Shown here: piece after piece, positions 9,641-18,760 of the stretch
Layout of the letters: the number at the start of each line of letters is the position of its first letter
How positions within the stretch are numbered: position 1 is the first letter of the stretch
Origin: an uncultured Planctomycetota bacterium
GTDB taxonomy: Bacteria > Planctomycetota > Planctomycetia > Pirellulales > PALSA-1355
Direction: 5' to 3'
Assembly (NCBI GenBank): GCA_963711515.1
Contig: CAVQEL010000006.1
Location: forward strand, 14,072 to 78,071
Length of the DNA stretch: 64,000 nt
The notes under the pieces: model-generated
What the model saw: only the letters and a program-made list of their open reading frames with translations
The model's database searches: none
Told to the model about the DNA's origin: nothing
Program-made: the position numbers and the translations under genes

Positions 9641-10114
9641 GGTTCTTCCGAACCAAATATCCGTTACACATTGGCGAGTTCGGCCAAGGACGCCGCTTCT
9701 CACGATCCTACGCAGATCTTCCCGCACCAAACGCTGGCTTATTCAAGCGCCGTTCACATCCGGCAAGATACGCGGGATAACAAGCTTCGGCATGCGCTGC
9801 GCCTGTTAACTGAAGCGTCAAAAGTTTGGGCGTGCGGAAAAACAGTCGCGCAGTTAACAGCCCAGCTTCACATCGCTGTTAACCCGAGAGCGCCGAGTTC
9901 GAAAGGGTTCCGTCCGGTTCGAGGGGGACCGGAAGAGACTCGAACTCAGCAAGTCCTTGTCAGCCAAGCACTTCTTGAAATCGCTCTCGCGCCTATAGTT
10001 TCGAAGAGGGTTCTTTCCGGGGAGGCAGGTGAGCAAGACGTCGCAGGCCGGTCCGGTCCAAGGCGGTTGCAATCCGCGGCCCGGTGTTTCGTGTTTTCGT
10101 TCGTCCGCGATCCG

Positions 10115-11357
10115 TCAACCGATCTCCTTGGCCACTTTCCGTGCCAGCGCCGCGTCCCGTTCCGCATAGATTTGCGAAACATCCGCGCTCGAGTGCCCCA
10201 GGCACACTTGCGCCGCTTCCAGCCCGAACCGCCGCCGGATTTCCGTGGCGGCCGTGTGTCGCAGCCGGTGGGGCGACCAGCGGGGCACGATGCGCGTCTC
10301 GGCGGGGAGCTGGTCGTCGTCCTGGTGGGCTTTCCGATCGGCGGTGTCGCAAGCCCGGTGGATCGCCCGCCGGTAACTGTCACGCGTGTACCTGGTGCCC
10401 GGCTGCTTCTTGGGTCGCCGCTTTCGTCGGTTGCGTTGCGAGGGCTGGACCGGCGACTTGCGGGCCTCCCGCAGTGCCTCGGCTCGCTTGCGTTCGGCTT
10501 CGGCCGGCGAAAAGCAAAAGTCCTCGGAATCCCGTAGCAAGTAGGGCGGCGAGGACGACTTGGGCTCGCTCACCGATGAAGATCAGCCGCGGCCGGCCGT
10601 GGTGTTCGGTCTTGTGCGACCGTGGCCCGTAGCACCACACGTCCCCCGTGCGGTCGACGTCGGCGGGCCGCAGCTCGCAAATCTCCGAAGGCCTGGCCCC
10701 GGTGAGCCGTTGCAGTCGGACCATGTCGGCCACGATCGGCGGCAGGTATGGCAACGTCCGTTCGACCAGGTCGTCAGAAACCGGGCCGACCGGCGACGTT
10801 TCCCGGGCCTCGGTCCGCCCCCGTTTGAGCGGCTGCACGGCTGCGAGCGCGTGGTACGTCTCCCCGGCGACGAGCTGCTGCTCGACGCCCCAGCGGAAGA
10901 TGTGCTTGAGGCGGCGGACCCTGTGATTGACCACCCCACGTGACGCCGCGGCGATCCGCTTGCCATTCCAATCTGTAAAACCATTCACGAGTAGGGCCCG
11001 GGCCGCGATCAACTTGAGCGGCCCAAACTCTTTGGCCGCCAGCGCGGCATAGAGCGAGAGCACCGGCCGCATGGCGTAAAGAAACTCGCTGACTTCTCCA
11101 GTCGGTCGCGCGTTCTTCCGGTAGTACGCCACGGCGTGTTGTCGGAAGGCCTCGAACAGCTCGGCGATCGTGAGGCCGTCGCTAGCGGGCTGCTGGAAAT
11201 CAGTGGCCGTATACTCCGCGATCTTGGCGGAGTATTTTTGGCGGCTCTCGGTGGTGCCCCACTTTCCCAGGTAGTGGGTCTTGCCGGCGAGCTTGACGAT
11301 GGCCTGGCCGGATGCCTTGTGCAGCCGGTAGGTCGGGACGCGATCACGGTTGGCCAC
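10115..11357 (-). CDS. int: Tyrosine-type site-specific integrase (phage integrase family). Apparent frameshift around 10380-10570 (ORFs 10380..11357 and 10115..10573).
   Basis: The box I arginine is present in 'LTGARPSEICELR'. The C-terminal part in the other frame carries 'HRLRHTAATEIRRRFG...LGHSSADVSQIYAERD' (HxxR...Y). It lies next to the tRNA 3' end. Confidence 0.75.
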
Positions 11358-11480
11358 GGGCGCGATCCTTGCTCGAAGTGCTGGGGTGTAGTACTACACC
11401 CTTGCTCTTCGTCGAACAGGCCGCGCTGCCAACCGCTGGCAGGTAATCCAACGCTAGATTTCGGCGGGGTTTGTGACTAG

Positions 11481-11553
11481 TGCTCCCTGTTGGACTTGAA
11501 CCAACAACCCTCTGATTAAGAGTCAGATGCTCTGCCAATTGAGCTAAGGGAGC
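11481..11553 (-). tRNA. tRNA-Lys (anticodon CTT), 73 nt, CCA not encoded.
   Basis: Minus-strand sequence is GCTCCCTTAGCTCAATTGGCAGAGCATCTGACTCTTAATCAGAGGGTTGTTGGTTCAAGTCCAACAGGGAGCA. Manual folding gives a 7 bp acceptor stem, a D-arm GCTC/GAGC, an anticodon stem TCTGA/TCAGA with loop CTCTTAA, and a T-arm TTGGT/TCAAGTC/CAACA. Confidence 0.85.
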
Positions 11554-11701
11554 TTTGGTTGTTCTGTGGGGCGCGATCCAGGGGTTTATCCTAGCGGACC
11601 ACCGGTGGCGGGCAAGGGGGCGGCGGGGTTTTTGAGACGGCATCTTGGGACAGGGTGCGCATGGCTGTTGAACGCTGACATGGAACGCTGCACCAAATCG
11701 G

Positions 11702-13638
11702 CTACTCGGCACTGGTGGGCATGCCGAGTTGACGCATTTTGCGGTACAGGTTCGAGCGGTGCAGGCCCATCCGCTTGGCCGCTTCGCTCATGTTGCCGCG
11801 GGCGCGTTCGATGTGCTTTTGAATGTATTCTGTCTGGAATTTGTCCGTCGCCTGGGCCAGCGGCAGATCGAGGCCCACCAGGGCCGGCGCGTCGCCGGCG
11901 GGCGAGAGGATGAAGGCCAGGTCTTCGGCTTCGATCCGCTCCGCCGCGTGGAGATAGGCGAGCCGTTCCATCAGATTGCGCAGCTCGCGGACGTTGCCCG
12001 GCCACGGATGCCCCTCGAGGCGCGTGCGGGCGGCGGCCGAAAACTTCAACCGCTTGCGATGGGCCTTGCGGCAGAAATCGTCCAAGAAATACTCGGCCAA
12101 CCGCATCACGTCGTCGCCCCGCTCGCGCAGCGGGGGCAGCGCCAGCGTCACGACGTTGAGCCGAAAATACAGATCCTGGCGAAACCGCTTCTGCCGTACC
12201 ATCTCGGCCAGATTCTGGTTCGTGGCGGCGATCACCCGGGCATCGGTATGAATCGGCCGCGAGCCGCCAACTCGCACCACCACCTTCTCCTCCAGCACGC
12301 GCAACAGCTTGGCCTGGCCCGAGAGGCTCAAGTCGCCGATCTCGTCCAAGAACAGCGTGCCACCGGAGGCCAGCTCGAATTTGCCGGGCCGGCTTTCGTG
12401 GGCATCGGTAAAGGCCCCCTTCTCGTGGCCGAACAGCTCGCTTTCCAACAGGGTCTCGGTGATCGCGGCACAATTGATGGCGATGAACGGCTCGGCCCGG
12501 CGGCGGCTCAAGTAGTGGACGCTTTGGGCCACAACTTCCTTGCCGGTGCCGTTTTCACCCAGGATCAGAATGGCCAGGTCGGTGCCGGCCACGCGGCCGA
12601 TCGTGGATCGCAAAGCTTCGACCGCCGGGCTGCCGCCGACGAGCGTCACGTTTTCGGCGGCCTGGTCGACGACGTGCTGATGACGCGAGAGCAATTGCTC
12701 GAACTGCTGCGTGTTGGCCAGCACGATGGCGGCATGCGCGGCCAGCTCGCTCAAGGCCTGCTCATCGTCGGCCGTGAAGTCGCCCGAAAGTTTGTTGATG
12801 ACCTCGAACGCGCCGAGCGTCTGGCCGTCGCTGTTGCGCAGCGGCACGCACAAGAGGGTGCGGGTGTGATACTTTTCGGCCCGATCGACCTGCCGATCGA
12901 TTTCGCCGGCTTCGGCGGCTGCAATGCGCCGAGGTTGGCCGCTGCGCACGACCTGGCCCACCACGCCCGCTTCTTCAGACACGCGCAGCTCATTGTCCTT
13001 CATGCCCAACGCCGGGCGGCCGACCAGCGAGTGGTTGGGCCGGTCCCACAGAAAGATGCTGGCCCGGTCGGCTCGCAAGAGCCGCGTGGCGGCTTGGGCC
13101 ATTTGCACCAGCAAGGGCTCCATCTCGCCGGTCTCGTTCCAGGCGCTAGCGATTTCGAGAATCGTTTCCAGGCGCTCGATCCGCCGAGCGGCCTGCTGGC
13201 GCGAGCGGACCCCCCGAGCGCGTCGCCCAGCTCGTCGGCCAGCGGCGCCAGCTCCGCCGGCGGGACCGCCGGCACGTTCGTCCGCGAAAAGCATAGCGCC
13301 AACACCTCGCTCGTGGCGGCATGCGGCGTCAGGGGCACGGCGATCCAGGTATCCGACGCGGCCATCTGTTCGCGGTCGAGCGACTCGGCCAACAGTGCCA
13401 GCGGCAGTTTGCGGGGGCGGCCCGATTCGGCCAGCACGGCCCACTGCCCTTCGTCGAGCCAGGCCACGGCCGCAAAATCTGCGACCGTCCGCTGCACGAC
13501 CAGCGGCAGCGCTAGGGTAAGAAAGCCCGCTATCGTCTCCGAAGTCGAAGCCAAACTGAGCAGTTCGGCAGCCCAGCGCCCGTCGTCTGACATCCGCAAT
13601 CCATGGCCGCGTGCAGCCAAATCGTTATCAGGTGCCAT
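11702..13638 (-). CDS. Sigma-54-dependent transcriptional activator (GAF-GAF-AAA+-Fis HTH). Apparent frameshift at a G6 run near 13205-13215.
   Basis: It carries 'GENGTGKEVVAQSVH', the 'GAFTDAHESRPGKFELASGGTLFLDEIGDL' block, and a C-terminal HTH 'AAKRMGLHRSNLYRKMRQLG'. The N-terminal GAF-like ORF is in a different frame. Confidence 0.8.
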
Positions 13639-13906
13639 GGCAAGTGTCCTCGTTTCGTGTTCCAATCCACGTAGAGTGTAATCTATTAAACACAATGCCA
13701 CAAGGAGAGTGTCGCGTTATAACTACGATATGAGCTCAATTCATGCCCGGTTTACCTCTTTGTTGTCATCATGATGATATCAATTAAGGGAGCGGTCCGG
13801 GGTTCGGGCGACGTTGAGCGTTTGGCGGTAAAGCATTATGTTGACGCTTGGCCACGGCTTACTGGACCCGTGGCGACTCGAGACGCGAGACGCAGGAGAC
13901 GCTTTG

Positions 13907-14725
13907 ATGGGGTCCTTTGACGGAAAAAAGGGGCTGATCCTCGGTGTGGCCAACGACCATTCCATCGCCTGGGCCATTGCCAAGCAGATCATGGCCGAAG
14001 GGGGCGAGTGCGGATTCACGCACTTGCCGGACCGCCCGGACGACGAACGCCAGCGGAATCGCCGCCGCGTGGCGATGCTGACCGACGACGCCCCTGGCGC
14101 CAAATTTCTGATCCCGCTGGACGTCAGCAACGACGACCAGATCAAGCAGGTGATGGACCGCACCGCCGAAGCGTTCGGCAAGATCGACTTTCTGCTGCAC
14201 GCCATCGCCTTCGCTTCGATGGAAGACCTGAAGCGCGACACGATCGAAACGAGCCGCAGCGGTTTTCTGATGGCAATGGAGATCAGCGCCTATAGTCTGA
14301 TCGCCGTGGCCAACGCGGCCCGAGGGGTTTTAAACGACGGGGCCGCGATTGCCACGATGACCTATTTCGGCGGCGAAAAGGCGGTGCCCGGCTACAACGT
14401 GATGGGTATCTGCAAGGCGGCGCTCGATTCGGCCGTGAAGTACCTGGCCTTCGACCTGGGACCGCGCGGCATCCGCGTCAACGCGCTGTCGGCCGGCCCG
14501 TTGCGGACACTTGCCGGACGTGGGGCGGGCGTGGAAGACATGCTGCAGTTCTACGAAAAGGTGGCTCCGCTCGGGCGCAACGTCACGCACGAGGAAGTGG
14601 GCAATACCGGAGCGTTTCTGCTGTCGCCGGCCTCGCAAGGCATCACCGGCGAAATCCTGCACGTCGACTGCGGCTACAACATCATGGGCACGCCCGGCCG
14701 GTTGCTCGACGAGTATCGGAAATGA
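13907..14725 (+). CDS. fabI: Enoyl-[acyl-carrier-protein] reductase (NADH).
   Basis: Motifs 'KKGLILGVANDHSIAWAIAK' and 'YNVMGICKAALDSAVKYLAFDLGPRGIRVNALSAGP' are present. Confidence 0.85.
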   Translation: MGSFDGKKGLILGVANDHSIAWAIAKQIMAEGGECGFTHLPDRPDDERQRNRRRVAMLTDDAPGAKFLIPLDVSNDDQIKQVMDRTAEAFGKIDFLLHAIAFASMEDLKRDTIETSRSGFLMAMEISAYSLIAVANAARGVLNDGAAIATMTYFGGEKAVPGYNVMGICKAALDSAVKYLAFDLGPRGIRVNALSAGPLRTLAGRGAGVEDMLQFYEKVAPLGRNVTHEEVGNTGAFLLSPASQGITGEILHVDCGYNIMGTPGRLLDEYRK

Positions 14726-15117
14726 CTCCCCCGCGCGATCGCGCCCAGATCGCCGTCGCCGTCGTCGAGCACCAGCGGCGTTGGTTGATCGGCCGGCGCG
14801 AGGCGCACGGTACGCTAGCCGGCCTGTGGGAATTCCCCGGCGGAAAGATCGAGCCGGGCGAATCACCTCCCTCGGCAGCCGTTCGCGAGTGTCTGGAAGA
14901 GACCGGCGTGGTGGTGCAAGTCATCGGCTCGTATCCGTCGGCCATGTACGACTACGAACACGCTTGGGTGCACTTGCATTTTCTGGCCTGCCGCTTCGTC
15001 GAGCAGCAGCGTCCCCTGCCGGAGCGTTTTCGCTGGGTCACGTCGGCCGAGTTCGCTGGCTACGAGTTTCCTGCTGCGAACGCCGCGCTGCTGGCGCTGC
15101 TGTCAAACGCATCGTGA
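14722..15117 (+). CDS. NUDIX hydrolase (MutT-like).
   Basis: It carries the Nudix box 'GLWEFPGGKIEPGESPPSAAVRECLEETG'. Confidence 0.8.
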   Translation: MTPPRDRAQIAVAVVEHQRRWLIGRREAHGTLAGLWEFPGGKIEPGESPPSAAVRECLEETGVVVQVIGSYPSAMYDYEHAWVHLHFLACRFVEQQRPLPERFRWVTSAEFAGYEFPAANAALLALLSNAS

Positions 15118-15409
15118 CGTGCGACCGGCTCGGCCCGTCTCAGGCAGGCCCAACGAGTGGCCTAGCAGCGATTTCAATAATTGGGGTAAGATTTGCAAAG
15201 TTTGAGGGCCAATCGGCCGAGAGCCCGATCGCCGGTGGAATCCCCTCTTCGCGGTGCACAGCCTTCCAAGCAAAGAACTTAGGAACCATTCCCGCCCCGT
15301 CGAGCCAACAATGGCTCAAGAGTTGCTCCCCCGCGCACACGGTTGCAGGGACGCAGCCCGAGATTTGCCAAGATAGGAGCTAGCCGAGCATGGATGCTCT
15401 TGTGATCCG

Positions 15410-16573
15410 GTGCGCCGTTCTGGCGGTCGCCGTGGCCTCGATGGGGGCCAGCTATCGCACGCCCAACTTCATCGTCCAGGCGCCACCGCGCAAATGGCCG
15501 AACAGATCGGCCGGGCCGCCGAAGACTATCGTCGCGAGTTGGCGACCGAATGGCTGGGCACCGAGATGCGCAACTGGTCTCAACCTTGCCCGATCACCGC
15601 CAGCGTCGGCGACCACCTGGGGGCCGGCGGGGCGACGAGCTTTGTGTTCGAGCACGGCGAGGTGTTCGGCTGGCGGATGACGATTCAAGGCTCGCTGGAG
15701 CGGATCCTCGACTCCGTCTTGCCGCACGAAGTGACGCACACGGTGTTTGCCACGCACTTTCGCCAGCCCCTGCCCCGCTGGGCCGATGAAGGGGCTTGCA
15801 CCACGGTGGAGCACGACAGCGAAAAGGCCAAGCAGCAGCGCATGCTGATCGACTTTCTGCACACCAATCGGGGCATCGCCTTCAGCCGCATGTTTGCCAT
15901 GCGCGAATATCCGTCCGACGTGATGCCCCTCTATTCGCAGGGCTTTTCGCTGGCGCGGTACTTGATTTCGCAAGGCGGCAAGAAGAAGTTTCTCAACTAC
16001 ATCGGCGACGGCCTGCGCGACGACAACTGGACCCGGGCCACGAAACAGCACTACGGCTACGACAACCTGTTGGCGCTGCAGAATAGCTGGCTGGGCTGGG
16101 TCCGCCAGGGAAGCCCGGCCATCACGGCGCCGGAAGAAACGCTGCCACTGGTGGCGGTCAATGCGCCAGGCCCCCGCACGCGTGAGCGGCCTGAGCCGAA
16201 CGTCTTGCGTAGCGACGCGATGCCGATTGCCGCCAATGAGCCCAATGACGGACCATCAGGTGCAGCGGGAGCAAGCGTCTACGACATCGCGTCGGCACGC
16301 GCCGAATCCACGCAAATGCCGGCCAACGCGGTTGACGACGACGCCTGGCGTCCGCGTCGCGTTCCGGCCGGTCAGCTTGCTGCCACGCGCGACCACTCGC
16401 AGGACGACAAATCCCCCCGCGCAACCCTCGATCACTTGCCTGGCCCGGCCTACCAGGTCACCCGGCCGCAGGAGATCCAGCGCCCACGGCAAGTGATCCT
16501 GGAATGGAACCGCCCGTCCGACAGCGGCGGCGCAGCGGCCACCGCTCGCCGGCCGATGCCCGGGCCGCTGTGA
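15410..16573 (+). CDS. Hypothetical HExxH-containing protein (putative Zn-metallopeptidase-like). It may really start at ATG 15390 with a signal peptide, with a frameshift near 15480.
   Basis: It carries 'LPHEVTHTVFATHF'. The upstream frame encodes 'MDALVIRCAVLAVAVASMGASYRTPNFIVQAP'. Confidence 0.5.
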   Translation: MRRSGGRRGLDGGQLSHAQLHRPGATAQMAEQIGRAAEDYRRELATEWLGTEMRNWSQPCPITASVGDHLGAGGATSFVFEHGEVFGWRMTIQGSLERILDSVLPHEVTHTVFATHFRQPLPRWADEGACTTVEHDSEKAKQQRMLIDFLHTNRGIAFSRMFAMREYPSDVMPLYSQGFSLARYLISQGGKKKFLNYIGDGLRDDNWTRATKQHYGYDNLLALQNSWLGWVRQGSPAITAPEETLPLVAVNAPGPRTRERPEPNVLRSDAMPIAANEPNDGPSGAAGASVYDIASARAESTQMPANAVDDDAWRPRRVPAGQLAATRDHSQDDKSPRATLDHLPGPAYQVTRPQEIQRPRQVILEWNRPSDSGGAAATARRPMPGPL

Positions 16574-16743
16574 GGCAGCTGCCACGTCTCGAGCGGCGTT
16601 TGTTAGCGCATCGATTGCCGCGCGTTGGCACCGCGCGTTTCCGTCGCGGATTCGCAGCGACACCGCGGGCCGTGGTAGAATAATGCCACAGGCTACGGTC
16701 ACGAGCATTCCGCTCGTCCTGCACTGCGAGGCCTTCGGAGCGC

Positions 16744-17664
16744 ATGGCGCAACACGACCATTCAACCGGGCTGCCGCCGGTGCCGACCTGGCCGGAAGTG
16801 GAGTCGCAGGTCTACTATCCGCGATGGTTCGCCCTTTCGATAGGTCTGTTTTTCCTGGTCACTGGCGTCATTGGGTTCTTCACGATTGAACCTATCATTC
16901 CGCCCAATTTCCCACTTTGGATTGCGAGGCTGGCGACTGCGATTTATGCATTTCTCGGAGCGGTCGCGGTCGAGTGGGCCATCCGCGATATGCTTTTCCC
17001 TACCCGCATACGGCACGCCGCCCCTGGCGTCTTGCCAGAGGTTCCGCAGGAGCCCGTGCTCTATGAGGGCTCGACGGTCCACGGCCGGCTGACGCACGAG
17101 TTGGTCGACCGCGCCGAAGGCTGGGAGCTGCGACCGTCGCCACGTTTGCTTCGCAACGACCGACGGTTCTTCCTCGGTTTTGGGATCCCGTTCACGCTGG
17201 TGTTTATTGGCTTACTCACCTGGGGCCTGCACGACCACATCAAGCGTGGCGGCTGGGTCGGCGCGGCAATGGCCGCGACCCTGCTGGCGCTCATGTCCGG
17301 CGGTACCGCCATTGGGTTGATGTGGATGCTGGTCAAGGCGAGCTACCGCCGCCTCGGGCGGCTGACGATTCCGCGAGACGGTGGCGAACTCCAGCTCAAT
17401 ATCTCGGAAGCCATCTGCAGCCAGGACCTTGCCGAGGGGATCAAGTGGGCCTTCCAGGGCGAAACCAAGCGGCAACAGTTGTCGATTCCGCGTGAAATGG
17501 TCGCGGCCGTGCAGCTCTGTCCCTGGAAATATGCCAGCGGAATCAACGATCCGACAGCGACCTGGGCCGTCCAGGGATTGCTGGTGCTCACCTCGCCGGA
17601 GGAGAGCATTTACCAGCGGCTGCCCCTGATGCTGACGGGCGATTTCGTAGCGCCGCGCGACTGA
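16744..17664 (+). CDS. Hypothetical integral membrane protein. Its C-terminal about 60 aa module is repeated downstream, and the copy here is disrupted by an indel/stop.
   Basis: Several TM helices are present ('FALSIGLFFLVTGVIGFF', 'FTLVFIGLLTWGL', 'AAMAATLLALMSGGTAIGLMWMLV'). It ends with 'ATWAVQGLLVLTSPEESIYQRLPLMLTGDF'. Confidence 0.55.
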   Translation: MAQHDHSTGLPPVPTWPEVESQVYYPRWFALSIGLFFLVTGVIGFFTIEPIIPPNFPLWIARLATAIYAFLGAVAVEWAIRDMLFPTRIRHAAPGVLPEVPQEPVLYEGSTVHGRLTHELVDRAEGWELRPSPRLLRNDRRFFLGFGIPFTLVFIGLLTWGLHDHIKRGGWVGAAMAATLLALMSGGTAIGLMWMLVKASYRRLGRLTIPRDGGELQLNISEAICSQDLAEGIKWAFQGETKRQQLSIPREMVAAVQLCPWKYASGINDPTATWAVQGLLVLTSPEESIYQRLPLMLTGDFVAPRD

Positions 17665-17821
17665 CGCAGTGCTTGGCGGCCACGCTCGGCGTTCCCTACC
17701 TGTTCTGTGCTGACGCCGCCGGTTGCCAGGCCGAAGACATCCGGGCGAAAGATCGCCCACCCCTGAAGGTCGGCGGGGTGCAATCCTGAACCAGCGCGCG
17801 TAAGAACTCGGGCGCCGTACG

Positions 17822-18322
17822 ATGCGGTCTCTCGAACCACTCGATCAACTCAGAAGTTTCGGTTACGTCCTGTTACGGGGTGTGTTTGACCGCGCGACGA
17901 CCGATGCGCTGGCCGAGCGGCTGGCGTTGGCGTTGCAATCCGAGGAGCCTGCCGTGCTCCGCAGCCGCGGCCGGACGTACGAATCGCGCGACCTGGTGGC
18001 GCTCGTTCCCGAAATCCGCGACGTCGCCCGGCACCCGGCACTGCAGGAATTCCTCTCCGCGGCCGTGGGACCTGACAACGACCAAGAAGCGACCTGGGCC
18101 GTCCAGGGGTTGCTAGTGCTGGCCTCGCCGGCTGAAACCGTCTACCACCGGCTGCCGCTCATGTTGACCGCCAATTTCGCGGGTGCCGCGCGGCTCATGG
18201 AGCGGCTGGCCGCGACGCTCGGCGTCCCCTACCTGTACGACGCTGATGCCGCAGGCTGGCAAGCTGAAGCACGTCGCGCGAAGGACCGCCCGCCGCTCAA
18301 GGTCGGCGGATCGCAAAGCTGA
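17822..18322 (+). CDS. Chimeric ORF: PhyH-family dioxygenase N-terminal about 85 aa fused to a second copy of the upstream gene's C-terminal repeat module. It is the product of a tandem segmental duplication.
   Basis: The sequence 'MRSLEPLDQLRSFGYVLLRGVFD...' runs into 'ATWAVQGLLVLASPAETVYHRLPLMLTANF...LAATLGVPYLYDADAAGWQAE..RAKDRPPLKVGGSQS'. Confidence 0.5.
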   Translation: MRSLEPLDQLRSFGYVLLRGVFDRATTDALAERLALALQSEEPAVLRSRGRTYESRDLVALVPEIRDVARHPALQEFLSAAVGPDNDQEATWAVQGLLVLASPAETVYHRLPLMLTANFAGAARLMERLAATLGVPYLYDADAAGWQAEARRAKDRPPLKVGGSQS

Positions 18323-18355
18323 GCCAGGCAATGAGCCAATCAGACATCGGCCGAG

Positions 18356-18740
18356 ATGACTTCCATCGAACCGCTCGATCACCTGCAACGGTTTGGTTAC
18401 GCCCTGCTGCGAGCCATATTCGACGGGCAGGACGCGGATGCTCTTGGCCCAGATGCTCACGCTACGACTGCACCTCGACCCAATGAGGGCCGAAAACGGT
18501 CCGCTGTCGGTCATCCCCGGATCGCACCTCGTGGATCATGAAACCGAGTCGCTTCCCATCGAGCTGCACGCCGCAGCCGGAGACGTACTGGCCATGCGTC
18601 CGCTGTTCCCACACTCCAGCAGCCTGTCGCGCGACGGAACGACCTTGCATCGGCGCGTCATCCATCTGGAGTTTGCTCCAAGCGCGGAACTGCCGGATGG
18701 CTACCAGTGGCATTCGTTTCATCCGGTTGCGACGCGTTGA
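18356..18740 (+). pseudogene. Phytanoyl-CoA dioxygenase (PhyH) family protein, second copy. It is internally deleted/frameshifted, with the N-terminal 30 aa joined to the C-terminal Fe/2OG region.
   Basis: It starts 'MTSIEPLDHLQRFGYALLRAIFDG'. It then shifts into 'NGPLSVIPGSHL...GDVLAMRPLFPHSSSLSRDGTTLHRRVIHLEFAP'. Confidence 0.55.
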
Positions 18741-18760
18741 TTCGCGCATGTCGCCGTTGA

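Noticed and set aside
9840-9880. Inverted repeat gttaacagc...gctgttaac near the IS21 terminus
   Set aside because: It could be an IS21 terminal multimer repeat or an integrase arm site, but there is a single occurrence and no way to distinguish the two without reference IS21 ends.
9895-9960. tRNA-like 'GGTTCGAGG' motif between the IS21 end and the integrase
   Set aside because: Manual folding gives an 11 nt loop between the CCGG stems and no acceptor or anticodon arms, so this is not a tRNA.
1-11480. Distal att repeat of the tRNA-Lys 3' end inside the window
   Set aside because: No copy of tgctccctgttggacttgaacc was found by eye in the window. The island boundary is presumed to lie upstream of position 1.
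9611-11480. Numerous long GC-rich ORFs overlapping annotated genes on the opposite strand or in alternative frames
   Set aside because: Examples are 7895..8743 (-), 9611..10537 (+), 10583..10984 (-), 11729..13681 (+), 19278..20537 (-), 21027..21872 (-), 58070..60019 (+) and 60388..62172 (-). They are typical high-GC stop-codon-poor artefacts: Arg/Ala/Pro/Gly-rich, with no motifs, and all shadow well-supported genes.
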